Shown here: positions 51,473 through 61,845 of the stretch, piece by piece
Numbering within the stretch: the first letter of the stretch is position 1
Layout: every line of letters begins with the position of its first letter
Origin: Bacteroidia bacterium
Lineage (GTDB): Bacteria > Bacteroidota > Bacteroidia > UBA4408
DNA: 64,000 nt
Assembly: GCA_035438985.1 (NCBI GenBank)
Contig: DAORJK010000005.1
Coordinates: forward strand, 47,757-111,756
Direction of reading: 5' to 3'
Translations under genes and position numbers: made by a program
Notes under the pieces: generated by a model
The model's database searches: none
What the model saw: the letters and a program-made list of their open reading frames with translations, nothing else
Told to the model about the DNA's origin: nothing

Positions 51473-53383
51473 ATGCCTATGAAAAGAATCTTACTACTTT
51501 TAACGCTAATTAATTTTTGTGTAGTAGCTAGTGCTATGGGTCAAGCGAAGAGTATTCAGATTAACTCAAGCGCTAAATCACAGTCAATTTCGATTTATGA
51601 AACAGATGTATCCATTAGAAACAGAAGTATAAAAAGAAATTTAGCGATAAATTACCCGCATCAATTAAAAACTCCTCAAATCGCAAGTGGGGTTATTGAA
51701 AATTCAATAGGGCTAACTGAATACGATTTGCAAACAAATGGTTCTATTTCGAATCGATTAATAAAGCATAACGACGGCACTATCTCAGCAACATGGACAA
51801 TGCTGCCACCGGGTGGAGCATCATCAAGTCGTGGAACCGGTTACAACTATTTTAATGGTACTACTTGGGCGCCTGCTCCTACTGTGCGTATTGAACCTAC
51901 GAATCGTACAGGATTTACAAATATAGTAGTTACATCAAGCGGTCGAGAAATGGCCATTGCTAGTTCAAGCACAGCCCCTGGTATGTTAATTACTTCTCGT
52001 GCGCAAAAAGGAATCGGATCATGGACTGAAGATGCTACTGTATTAGGTGCTGCAGGAAATGATTCTTGGTCAAAAGCAATTTCAGGTGGTGCAAATGGCG
52101 AAACAGTGCATGCCTTATGGAATGATAACCTTAGTGGCGCGAATGGACAATATTCATCTGTTTACTATTCTCGCTCATTAGATGGTGGCGTAACCTGGCC
52201 AATATTGAGACAAGTACTACCGGAGCTCGATTCAACGCATTATAGAGGATTCGGAGGCGATTCATATTCCATAGATACCCAAGGTGATACAGTGGTATTT
52301 GTTATTGGCAGCTTTACTACTGACCTTGTATTAATGCGCTCAACTGACAATGGAAATACCTGGAATGCAAAAGTTATTCAGCCTTTTTTTAAGTCCTTGT
52401 ATAATGATGCCATAGATTCTTTTCCAGATTTAAATGGTGATTCAAAATCTGATTATATACAAGGTACATCAGGAGATGCTCACGTAATGATTGATAATTT
52501 GGGTATGACTCATGTATGGTGGAGCAATGTATTGTTGAGCGATACTTCTGCTTCAGCGCCAATTAGTTTTTTCCCAAATTCAATCGATGGACTATTATAT
52601 TGGAATGATGGTTTTGCAATAGGACAAGCACCTGACACCATTGCTTATGCGTTAGATGGAGTTAATGGAAATGGGATACTAGACATTCCGGCTATAATTA
52701 CTAGCAATGGTTATGCAAATGGAATGGGTTTTTATCGTGGAAGTATTACACAAATGCCAAGTTCTGGAGTCGACCTTAACAACATTATTTATGTATCATA
52801 TCAGTCATTTTGTGAGGATTGTGATACTTCTGTATGGAATGTTGGACACAAACATGTATACCTAATAAAGTCAACTGATCAAGGAGCAAATTGGTCTACA
52901 CCTGTTGATATAGACGAAACTCAAGACGCAATCTATCAGGAAAATGTATTTGCCTGCTTAGCAAAAAAAGTTGATCCTACCTGTATCCATGTAATTTTTC
53001 AAAGAGATGCGCAACCAGGTACTTTAAATCAAAGTGGTTGGGGAACTACACCAAGTGAAATTGTTTATGCTTGTGTTGATCCCATGTTTGTTGGAATCAA
53101 CAAAGTAAAAGAATCTATTTCATACAATTATTTAAGCCAAAACACTCCAAATCCTGTTGAAGGTAAAACTACCATTAACTACACCATTGCTGCAAATGCA
53201 TCAGTAGTTAGCTTTACTGTTACAGATGTTTTAGGAAAGGTTGTTTATACTGAAAACAAAGGAACTGTAAATGCCGGAACTTATTCATTAGTTTTAGATA
53301 CAGAAGCTATGAATAGCGGTGTTTACTTCTATTCTTTAACAGTTAACAACCAAAAAGAAACCAAAAAAATGATGGTGAAGTAA
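51473..53383 (+). CDS. BNR/Asp-box T9SS cargo protein, paralog 2
   Basis: Same architecture as paralog 1, and the more divergent sequence. Confidence 0.7.
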   Translation: MPMKRILLLLTLINFCVVASAMGQAKSIQINSSAKSQSISIYETDVSIRNRSIKRNLAINYPHQLKTPQIASGVIENSIGLTEYDLQTNGSISNRLIKHNDGTISATWTMLPPGGASSSRGTGYNYFNGTTWAPAPTVRIEPTNRTGFTNIVVTSSGREMAIASSSTAPGMLITSRAQKGIGSWTEDATVLGAAGNDSWSKAISGGANGETVHALWNDNLSGANGQYSSVYYSRSLDGGVTWPILRQVLPELDSTHYRGFGGDSYSIDTQGDTVVFVIGSFTTDLVLMRSTDNGNTWNAKVIQPFFKSLYNDAIDSFPDLNGDSKSDYIQGTSGDAHVMIDNLGMTHVWWSNVLLSDTSASAPISFFPNSIDGLLYWNDGFAIGQAPDTIAYALDGVNGNGILDIPAIITSNGYANGMGFYRGSITQMPSSGVDLNNIIYVSYQSFCEDCDTSVWNVGHKHVYLIKSTDQGANWSTPVDIDETQDAIYQENVFACLAKKVDPTCIHVIFQRDAQPGTLNQSGWGTTPSEIVYACVDPMFVGINKVKESISYNYLSQNTPNPVEGKTTINYTIAANASVVSFTVTDVLGKVVYTENKGTVNAGTYSLVLDTEAMNSGVYFYSLTVNNQKETKKMMVK

Positions 53384-53518
53384 ATTTATCTAAGCTATAA
53401 AAACCGAATCTCTATTTTAATTATAGCTGATTTAAAAGTAAATTACAGGAAGAATCCAATTAAACAACTTTGTTGAAGCTACGAATGAATTTATTTAAAT
53501 AATTATTCAATAAAATTA

Positions 53519-55426
53519 ATGCCTATGAAACAACTTTTACTTATTTCTCTTATTATTTCAGTATTGTTTGTGACTAATGCAAAAGCACAACGTTCACATG
53601 CGCGTGTAAAACTCTCGCCAAATGCTAAAGCAATACCTATACATCAAAAAATGGGGGATTTTAATCAAGCTCCATTAACTGCCAATCCGAGTTTAGGCTT
53701 TGTAAAAAAATCAAATCCATATCGTACAAGCAATGCCGTTATAGAGCAAGCTATTGGATTAACGACTTATGATTTGCAAACAAGTGCCGCTATTTCAAAT
53801 CGCCTTCTAAAACATTCTGATGGAACGATATCCGCATCTTGGATATTGATTCCTCCAGGAAGTAGCTCTTTATTGCGTGGTACAGGCTATAATTATTTTG
53901 ACGGAATCAATTGGGGCCCGATTCCAACCGCTGCTATTGATCCTCTATATCGTACAGGATACCCAAGTTTAGTAGTAACAGCAAGTGGAAAAGAAATGGC
54001 TTTTGCTCATTCCAATACTGCTCCTGGAATAATTAATACTTTTCGTACCCAAAAAGGAACCGGAACTTGGACTTCAACAATAGCTAATACAGGAACTTCG
54101 GGTTGGACAAAGGCTATTAAAGGTGGTAGTAATGGTGAAACAATACATACTTTAAATGCTGCAAATTTTCAAACTTCAGGGCAACAATTTCCACTGTATT
54201 ATTCACGTTCCTTAGATGAAGGAGCTACATGGTTGGTTCAAAATAGTATTTTACCAGATCTTGATTCCTCACATTATCGTGGTTTTGGTGGTGATACTTA
54301 TTCTATAGATACCAAAGGCGATACAGTAGTATTTGTTGTTGGAGACTTCGTTACGGATTTAGTATTGATGCGTTCTAATGACAATGGTGTTACTTGGACT
54401 GCTAAAGTTATACAACCATTCTTTAAAGCTATGTATAACGCTGCAGTAGATTCATTTCCTGATTTAGATGGGAATGGAACTTCTGATAGTATTGTAGGTT
54501 ATTCAGGAGATGCACATGTAATGATAGATAATTTAGGCATGACACATATTTGGTGGAGCAATGTATTACTAATAGATACTTCTGCCAACGATTTATTGAG
54601 ATATTTTCCAAATGCGATGGATGGGCTCTTATACTGGAACGAAGGATTCGCTAATGGTCAAGCTCCTGATACTATTGCTTTTGCTTTAGACGGAATTAAC
54701 GGTAACGGAACTTTGGATATTCCACAAGCCGGTTTAGGTGGTGGAAACGGAATGGGTGGATACCGTGGTAGTGTGACACAAATGCCAACTTCCGGTGTAG
54801 ATGCTAACAACAATATTTACGTTGCTTACCAAACATATTGCGAAGATTGCGATACAACAGCCTTCAACACAGGTCACAAACATATTTATATGATTGCTTC
54901 TTCTAACCAAGGTGCTACTTGGAGTAACCCAACTGATATCGATCAAACTCCGGATTTATTAAATCAGGAAGATGTATTTGCTTGTGTTGCTAAAAATGTT
55001 GATGCTAACTGTATTCACGTAATTTATCAACGTGATGCTGCTCCTGGACATTCATTATCAGCAAATGCAACTGAAGCTGGATGGAACTCTGCTCCTAGTG
55101 AAATTGTTTATGCTTGTGTCGATCCAACAATTATTGGTATCAAAAAAGTAAAAGAATTTAAATCAAGCCATTTTATAAGCCAAAACACTCCAAATCCTGC
55201 TGAAGGTAAAACTACCATTAACTACACCATTGCTGCAAATGCATCAGTAGTTAGCTTTACTGTTACCGATGTATTAGGAAATGTGGTTTATACTGAAAAC
55301 AAAGGAACTGTAAATGCCGGTGCATATTCAGTTGTATTAGATACTGAAGCTATGAATAGCGGTGTTTATTTCTATACTTTGACAGTTAACAACCAAAAAG
55401 AAACCAAAAAAATGATGGTGAAGTAA
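53519..55426 (+). CDS. BNR/Asp-box T9SS cargo protein, paralog 3. The C-terminal half is mosaic and identical to paralog 1.
   Basis: Same architecture as paralogs 1 and 2. Confidence 0.7.
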   Translation: MPMKQLLLISLIISVLFVTNAKAQRSHARVKLSPNAKAIPIHQKMGDFNQAPLTANPSLGFVKKSNPYRTSNAVIEQAIGLTTYDLQTSAAISNRLLKHSDGTISASWILIPPGSSSLLRGTGYNYFDGINWGPIPTAAIDPLYRTGYPSLVVTASGKEMAFAHSNTAPGIINTFRTQKGTGTWTSTIANTGTSGWTKAIKGGSNGETIHTLNAANFQTSGQQFPLYYSRSLDEGATWLVQNSILPDLDSSHYRGFGGDTYSIDTKGDTVVFVVGDFVTDLVLMRSNDNGVTWTAKVIQPFFKAMYNAAVDSFPDLDGNGTSDSIVGYSGDAHVMIDNLGMTHIWWSNVLLIDTSANDLLRYFPNAMDGLLYWNEGFANGQAPDTIAFALDGINGNGTLDIPQAGLGGGNGMGGYRGSVTQMPTSGVDANNNIYVAYQTYCEDCDTTAFNTGHKHIYMIASSNQGATWSNPTDIDQTPDLLNQEDVFACVAKNVDANCIHVIYQRDAAPGHSLSANATEAGWNSAPSEIVYACVDPTIIGIKKVKEFKSSHFISQNTPNPAEGKTTINYTIAANASVVSFTVTDVLGNVVYTENKGTVNAGAYSVVLDTEAMNSGVYFYTLTVNNQKETKKMMVK

Positions 55427-55447
55427 TTTCATCGCAGTTTTAAGAAA

Positions 55448-55483
55448 AAATCGGCTGGCTCTGTGAGTCAGCCGATTTTTTTA
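55448..55483 (+). terminator. Rho-independent terminator, a near-identical copy of 51212-51248
   Basis: Hairpin ATCGGCTGGCTCTGTGAGTCAGCCGAT plus a T-run. Confidence 0.7.
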
Positions 55484-55744
55484 TACGATTAATTCTAACA
55501 ATTTGCCTTTCATTAAACTTCTTTTACTTACATTTTACTACCTTTAAAAATGTAGAACAAAAAAAATTATTCTCAGTATAACTAGTTTTAAATTTGTTTC
55601 AGTTATCAATTCAAATTAATTGCAACAATAAATGATTAACTCTGTATTTAATACAGTTGTTTGAAGGCAGGTAGGAATATATTGTCAATCTCAAAATTTG
55701 ACGTAAGTTTGTAACTAAGTGAAACCCGATTAAAGCAAGAAATT

Positions 55745-58165
55745 ATGGAACAAGAGAAAGTATCGGAAAAACAAGATTTTTCGTTCGAAAAATTCAAAGA
55801 ATCGGTATTGTCTGATTTTAGAATTGCCAACGAAAGTCGTGAAGCAAGTTTAATGGGCCGCCGTGAAGTACTTACCGGTAAAGCAAAATTTGGAATTTTT
55901 GGAGATGGTAAAGAAGTAGCACAACTTGCTATGGCAAGAGCCTTTAAGCCCGGAGATTTTAGAGCCGGATACTACCGCGATCAAACCTTTATGATGGCTA
56001 GCGGACTACTAAGCATTCAGGAATTTTTTGCTCAGTTGTATGCGCATCCGGATGCAGAAGCTGAGCCATCCTCAGCAGGTAGAAGCATGAACGGTCATTA
56101 TGCTACTCGTTTCTTGGACGCTTCCGGTAATTGGAAAGACTTAACCAAAACAAAAAATTCATCTTCCGACATATCTCCTACCGCCGGTCAAATGCCACGA
56201 CTATTAGGTATGGCTCAAGCTTCGGCTTTTTACCGAAATAATCCTGAATTAAAACATCCGGATTTTTCTAAGTTTTCAGTTAATGGCAACGAAGTAGCTT
56301 TCGGAACAATCGGAGATGCTAGTACTTCAGAAGGTTTATTTTGGGAAACAATTAATGCAGCAGGAGTTTTGCAAGTACCCATGCTTATTTCGGTATGGGA
56401 TGATGGACATGGAATATCGGTTCCTAAAAAATACCAAACCACCAAAGAAAGCATTTCTGAAATATTGAAAGGTTTTCAACGTGATGAAACCGGTGCCGGC
56501 TACGAAATATTTAAAGTTAAAGGCTGGGATTATGTTGCTTTGGTTGAAACATATCAGCGTGCAGCTGATTTGTGCCGCGAAAAACATGTTCCGGTATTGG
56601 TACATGTGGAAGAAATGACTCAGCCTCAAGGCCACAGTACAAGCGGTTCGCACGAACGTTATAAATCGAAAGAACGATTGCAATGGGAAGCTGATTTTGA
56701 TTGCATAAAAAAAATGCGTGAATGGATTTTAGCTTCTGCCGTAGCTACCGAGGAGGAAGTTGTAGCAATTGAAGAACAAGCTAAAAAAACTACACGCGAT
56801 CAAAAAAATAAAGCCTGGTTGGCGTTTAACTCGCCTATTAAAGAAGAACTGCAACAAGCCATGCAAATGATTGATGCAATTGCAGCAGAAAGTACGAATG
56901 CACCTTTTGTTGCTAAAATCAAGGATGAATTGGTAAGTGTTGTTGATCCGGTTAGACGTGATATACTTGAAAGTTGCAAACGAATTTTACGCATGGTGCG
57001 AAACGAATCCATTCATTCGAAAAAAGCACTTATTAATTTTCTGCATCAATCAAAAATTAGTAATGCCGAACGCTATAATTCTTATCTCTACAGCGAAAGT
57101 AAATTTGCGGTAAAACACCTTACTTCAATTCCGGTGCGTTATGATGAAGATAAGGTTGTTGATGGACGTGAAGTGTTGCGTGATAATTTTGACGCCTTGT
57201 TAGGTAAATATAAATCATTGGTAATTTTTGGTGAGGATGCAGGAAAAATTGGAGGTGTTAATCAGGGATTAGAAGGTTTGCAAAAGAAATACGGAGAAAT
57301 CCGTGTGTTCGATACCGGTATTCGTGAAGCAACTATTTTAGGACAAGCCATTGGTTTAGCACTACGTGGATTGCGTCCCATTGCTGAAATTCAATACTTA
57401 GATTATTTATTGTACGCCGTTCAAATTATGAGCGACGATTTAGCAACTCTCCAATACCGCACCAAAGGTGGACAAAAAGCTCCGGTAATAATTCGTACAC
57501 GTGGTCATCGTTTTGAAGGAATTTGGCACAGTGGCTCCCCCATGGGAATGATACTAAATGCATTGAGAGGTATACACATTTGTGTTCCACGAAATATGAC
57601 ACAGGCTGCTGCATTCTACAATTTACTGATGCAGGGAGATGAGCCGGCTCTAGTAATTGAACCGCTTATGTGCTACCGCATGAAGGAAAAAATGCCATCC
57701 AATCATGGTGAGTTCATGTTGAAATTAGGTGCCCCTGAAATTTTGAAATCCGGAAATGATGTTACAATTGTAACCTATGGATATAATTGTCACCTTGCTT
57801 TAGAAGCCTCAAAAATGCTAGGCGAATGTGGTATTGATTGTGAAATTATAGATATACAAACATTGCTGCCTTTCGATTTAAATCACAGCATTGTTGATTC
57901 CATCAAGAAAACAAACCGTGTAATTTTCTTTGATGAAGATGTAAGTGGTGGAGCCACCGGTTTTATGATGCAAAAAGTGTTGGAAGAACAAGGAGCATAC
58001 AAGTATTTAGATGCCTCTCCTCGAACATTGTCAGCTAAAGATCATCGTCCACCTTATGGTTCAGATGGCAACTATTTTTCGAAACCTAGTGCCGATGATT
58101 TGTTTGATGCAGTTTATGAATTGATGCAGGAATCAAATCCAATACAGTTTCCCGGAATTTACTAA
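55745..58165 (+). CDS. Fused E1 alpha/beta subunit of a 2-oxoacid dehydrogenase (transketolase-like)
   Basis: 806 aa, with an E1-alpha TPP-binding region followed by an E1-beta region. Confidence 0.85.
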   Translation: MEQEKVSEKQDFSFEKFKESVLSDFRIANESREASLMGRREVLTGKAKFGIFGDGKEVAQLAMARAFKPGDFRAGYYRDQTFMMASGLLSIQEFFAQLYAHPDAEAEPSSAGRSMNGHYATRFLDASGNWKDLTKTKNSSSDISPTAGQMPRLLGMAQASAFYRNNPELKHPDFSKFSVNGNEVAFGTIGDASTSEGLFWETINAAGVLQVPMLISVWDDGHGISVPKKYQTTKESISEILKGFQRDETGAGYEIFKVKGWDYVALVETYQRAADLCREKHVPVLVHVEEMTQPQGHSTSGSHERYKSKERLQWEADFDCIKKMREWILASAVATEEEVVAIEEQAKKTTRDQKNKAWLAFNSPIKEELQQAMQMIDAIAAESTNAPFVAKIKDELVSVVDPVRRDILESCKRILRMVRNESIHSKKALINFLHQSKISNAERYNSYLYSESKFAVKHLTSIPVRYDEDKVVDGREVLRDNFDALLGKYKSLVIFGEDAGKIGGVNQGLEGLQKKYGEIRVFDTGIREATILGQAIGLALRGLRPIAEIQYLDYLLYAVQIMSDDLATLQYRTKGGQKAPVIIRTRGHRFEGIWHSGSPMGMILNALRGIHICVPRNMTQAAAFYNLLMQGDEPALVIEPLMCYRMKEKMPSNHGEFMLKLGAPEILKSGNDVTIVTYGYNCHLALEASKMLGECGIDCEIIDIQTLLPFDLNHSIVDSIKKTNRVIFFDEDVSGGATGFMMQKVLEEQGAYKYLDASPRTLSAKDHRPPYGSDGNYFSKPSADDLFDAVYELMQESNPIQFPGIY

Positions 58166-58187
58166 AAACTATTTTCATGCAATAACG

Positions 58188-58778
58188 ATGAAAATAGGCT
58201 TGTTTTTCGGATCCTTTAATCCAGTTCACATTGGACATTTGGTAATCGCCAATTACATGGCACAATATACCGATTTACAAAAGGTATGGTTGGTAATTTC
58301 ACCGCACAATCCACTGAAGGAGAAAAGTAGTTTACTCGATGATAAACAACGTTTGGCTTTGGTTAAGATAGCCATCGAAAACAACAGTAAATTAAAAGCC
58401 AGCGATATAGAATTTAAATTGCCTCAACCCTCCTACACCATTACAACCTTGGTACATTTGAAGGAAAAATATCCTGAACATGAATTTGCTTTAATTATGG
58501 GAAGTGATAATTTAAGCACCTTTCATAAATGGAAAAATTATGAGGAGATTTTGAAGTATCATACGCTTTATATTTATCCTCGTCCGAAACACAGTGGTGA
58601 AGCTTATAAGCAACATTCTCAGGTAAAATTCGTTGATGCACCCGTTATGGAAATCTCATCAACCTTTATTCGACAAGCAATAGCCGACAAGAAAGATGTT
58701 CGTTACTTACTCCCCGATAACGTTTACGAATACGTGAAAGAAATGCACTTTTATAAAAAGAGAAAACAGCTTATTTAA
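58188..58778 (+). CDS. nadD: Nicotinate-nucleotide adenylyltransferase
   Basis: GLFFGSFNPVHIGH nucleotidyltransferase motif. Confidence 0.85.
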   Translation: MKIGLFFGSFNPVHIGHLVIANYMAQYTDLQKVWLVISPHNPLKEKSSLLDDKQRLALVKIAIENNSKLKASDIEFKLPQPSYTITTLVHLKEKYPEHEFALIMGSDNLSTFHKWKNYEEILKYHTLYIYPRPKHSGEAYKQHSQVKFVDAPVMEISSTFIRQAIADKKDVRYLLPDNVYEYVKEMHFYKKRKQLI

Positions 58779-59391
58779 AATCTTCCATTAAAAGTTGCTC
58801 CTTGCAAAATTCATATTCATGAACTAAGTGATTAGAGCACACGATCAATAATCGATTTTTTGCATAGTTATGAATCAAATGAGAGTACCATTCAATTCCC
58901 TTTTTATCGAGGTTGGAGGTTGGTTCATCAAGCAAGACCATACGTGTATTGCTCAGCAAAGCTAGCGCTAATCGTACACGCTGCTTCATGCCACTCGAAT
59001 AATATTTTAATTCTTTGTCTTTCGATCGTTCCAGCCCAATAATTTGAATCATTTCAGAAGTGCTTAAGCCATTCAAAAAAGGCTTAAAATGTGCCTGGAA
59101 TTGAATTATTTCTGTGAGTGTATACTCTTCGATTAATTCAAGATAAGGTGCAGCAAAACTGATTTGATGAAATATTTGTTCAGCTGCAATACTCGTTTGA
59201 TTCAAGAAATAGTTAATCTTACCTTCAGAAGGAAGTTGATTTCCTGCAATAACTTGTAATAATGTTGATTTACCGGAGCCATTTGCGCCAAGTATCGCAT
59301 AACTAGTATCTGAATTTAATTCGCAGTTTAAATTTCTGAAAATCCAATCACGGTTATATCGTTTACCTAGTTTTTCGAGAGTAATTTGCAT
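58771..59391 (-). CDS. ABC transporter ATP-binding protein (small, 206 aa)
   Basis: Walker A GANGSGKST, signature YSSGMKQR and Walker B LLDEP. Confidence 0.75.
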   Translation of the reverse strand: MQITLEKLGKRYNRDWIFRNLNCELNSDTSYAILGANGSGKSTLLQVIAGNQLPSEGKINYFLNQTSIAAEQIFHQISFAAPYLELIEEYTLTEIIQFQAHFKPFLNGLSTSEMIQIIGLERSKDKELKYYSSGMKQRVRLALALLSNTRMVLLDEPTSNLDKKGIEWYSHLIHNYAKNRLLIVCSNHLVHEYEFCKEQLLMEDFK

Positions 59392-59416
59392 TCTTTTCCT
59401 TGGCTCTTCTTGGGAT

Positions 59417-60190
59417 TTAAGAAATGCCTCTAATAATTCCTTCTTTTGAATTTCGGATAAAGGCTAGTATTTGTTCCTTTTCTTTGGAGGAAGGAGCTTC
59501 TTGTTCAATTACAGCTAGTGCGTTTGAAACATTTAATCCTTTTACATAGAGTGTGCGATAAATATCTTCAATCTGCAAAATAATTTCATTACTGAATCCT
59601 CTTCTTCGCAAGCCCACCGAATTAACACCTACATATTGCAATGGCTCGCGAGCAGCTTTGGTAAATGGTGGAACGTTTTTTCGAACGCCTGTTAATCCCG
59701 AAATAAATGCATGAGCACCAATTCGTACAAACTGTCCAACACCTGTGCCTCCTTCAATTATTACCCAATCTTCAATATCCACGTGTCCTGCAAGATTAAC
59801 ACTGTTGGCAATAATAATATTATCTCCTAAAATACAGTCATGAGCAATGTGAACGTAAGCCATTAAAAGGCAATTTTTACCAATCGATGTTTTCATTTTG
59901 TCGATGGTTCCTTTATTAACTGTAACACACTCACGTATTACCGAATTGTCGCCAATTTCAGCGGTAGTCATCTCGCCGGCATATTTTAAATCTTGGGGTA
60001 TAGCCGCGATAACAGCACCCGGAAAAATTTTACAATTTGCACCAATTCTCGCACCTGAAAAAATGGTCACATTCGGACCTATCCAAGTATTATCGCCTAT
60101 TATCACATCTTCATCAATAAATGAAAAAGGTGAAATGGTAACATTTTTCCCAATTTTTGCTTTAGGATTTACAAAATTCAATTCATTCAT
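59417..60190 (-). CDS. lpxA: Acyl-ACP--UDP-GlcNAc O-acyltransferase
   Basis: Hexapeptide-repeat beta-helix and the LpxA C-terminal domain. Confidence 0.9.
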   Translation of the reverse strand: MNELNFVNPKAKIGKNVTISPFSFIDEDVIIGDNTWIGPNVTIFSGARIGANCKIFPGAVIAAIPQDLKYAGEMTTAEIGDNSVIRECVTVNKGTIDKMKTSIGKNCLLMAYVHIAHDCILGDNIIIANSVNLAGHVDIEDWVIIEGGTGVGQFVRIGAHAFISGLTGVRKNVPPFTKAAREPLQYVGVNSVGLRRRGFSNEIILQIEDIYRTLYVKGLNVSNALAVIEQEAPSSKEKEQILAFIRNSKEGIIRGIS

Positions 60191-61620
60191 ACGCTTGCAG
60201 TAGCAGATTCTGATTTTGGCTGTTTATCTTTAATGATTTGAGCAAGCATCACTGCTTCACATACCTCACGACCATTCACATAGGCCACTCCGCGCATATT
60301 CACTAAACCACGTCGAATAGGACTTTCGAGCGTTAATTTAAAAACAACGGTATCGCCAGGCAGCACTTTTTGTTTGAATTTAACACCGTCAATTTTCATA
60401 AAATAGGTACTGTAAAATTCAGGATCGGGAACTTGTGAAAGCGCAAAAATACCTCCAACTTGAGCCATTGCTTCTAATTGCAAAACGCCCGGAAATACAG
60501 GATTATCTGGAAAATGTCCTTGAAAAAAGGGCTCATTAAAACTAACGTTCTTGATACCCACAATTGAGTTATGGTCCATTTCAATTACCTTATCCACCAT
60601 TAAAAATGGATAGCGGTGCGGAAGCATTTTGGTTATATCGTTAATGGTGTAGAGTGGATCCTTATTTAAATCAAATTGAACAATGCGTGCTTTACGCTTG
60701 GCTTTTTCAGCTTGAATCAATTCTTTCACCTTTTTTGCAAAGGCAACGTTTCCGGCATGTCCTGGTCGAGCAGATAAGATATGGGCTTTTAGAGGCATGC
60801 CTACCAAAGCCATATCGCCAACTATATCGAGTAATTTATGTCGTGCAGGTTCATTTTGATATTGCAATTTTAAATTATTTAAAACTCCCTTACCCACTAC
60901 TTTCATGCTTGGTTTGTTAAACAAGCGAGCAAGTTCATCCAGTTTTTCCTGACTAACTTCCTGAGCAACGATAACAATTGCATTGTTCAAATCACCACCT
61001 TTCGCTAAGCCATGTTTGAGCAGCATTTCTAATTCATGCAAAAAAACAAAGGTGCGGCATTTACTGATTTCATCTTTAAACTCACCAATGTGATACATAC
61101 TGGCATGTTGTGTACCCAAAACATCCGAATTATAATCTACCATTACAGTAAGTCTATATTCTTCTGAAGGCACCATGAGCATTTCCACGTGCTTTTCGGG
61201 ATCTTCGTATGTTAGAGTACTATCTACTATAAAGTATTCCCGAATTGCATCCTGTTCAACAAAACCTGCCTTTTCAATAGCTTCAACAAAAGGTTTGGAA
61301 CTACCATCCATGATTGGAACTTCGGGGCCGTCTATTTCGATGTGGGCATTATCTATTTGCATGCCCACCAATGCAGCAAGTACATGTTCAACAGTACTAA
61401 CTTTAACGCCATTTTTTCCTAAGGTTGTACCGCGTGAGGTATCTACCACCAAATCGCAGTCGGCTTCAATGATTGGTTTTCCGTCAACGTCGATGCGCTG
61501 AAATTTATATCCGTAATTTTCATCAGCCGGATGAATGGTTAGTGTAGCTGAAGCACCTGTATGCAGCCCAACTCCCGAAACACTGACAGGGCTTTTTAAC
61601 GTTCGTTTTTTTTCAGACAT
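60187..61620 (-). CDS. lpxC-fabZ: Bifunctional UDP-3-O-acyl-GlcNAc deacetylase / 3-hydroxyacyl-ACP dehydratase
   Basis: LpxC N-terminal domain plus a FabZ hot-dog C-terminal domain, the fusion typical of Bacteroidota. Confidence 0.9.
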   Translation of the reverse strand: MSEKKRTLKSPVSVSGVGLHTGASATLTIHPADENYGYKFQRIDVDGKPIIEADCDLVVDTSRGTTLGKNGVKVSTVEHVLAALVGMQIDNAHIEIDGPEVPIMDGSSKPFVEAIEKAGFVEQDAIREYFIVDSTLTYEDPEKHVEMLMVPSEEYRLTVMVDYNSDVLGTQHASMYHIGEFKDEISKCRTFVFLHELEMLLKHGLAKGGDLNNAIVIVAQEVSQEKLDELARLFNKPSMKVVGKGVLNNLKLQYQNEPARHKLLDIVGDMALVGMPLKAHILSARPGHAGNVAFAKKVKELIQAEKAKRKARIVQFDLNKDPLYTINDITKMLPHRYPFLMVDKVIEMDHNSIVGIKNVSFNEPFFQGHFPDNPVFPGVLQLEAMAQVGGIFALSQVPDPEFYSTYFMKIDGVKFKQKVLPGDTVVFKLTLESPIRRGLVNMRGVAYVNGREVCEAVMLAQIIKDKQPKSESATASV

Positions 61621-61845
61621 AGGAAGAAAAATTCATTTCAGTTAACTATGCATTAACTAAAATAATGAAAGGCAAATATAAGGAAGTATCTGAATGTTTT
61701 TTTTGAAAAGCCTTTAATAAATACTTATTCAAGTATTAAAGAACCATGCTTGTTGAAGGCTTGATTATGAAGGATTTTAGTAGTTTAAACTTTAGTTAAA
61801 ATTCAAACTACCGCTACTTGACAAGCGATATAGTTAATAAAACTT

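Noticed and set aside
50495-54946. Two identical 70-aa antisense ORFs (50495-50707 and 54734-54946)
   Set aside because: Not genes. They are a by-product of the 100 percent identical gene-conversion tract between BNR paralogs 1 and 3. They were used only as evidence of identity.
61175-61501. 108-aa ORF antisense to lpxC-fabZ
   Set aside because: Spurious antisense frame.
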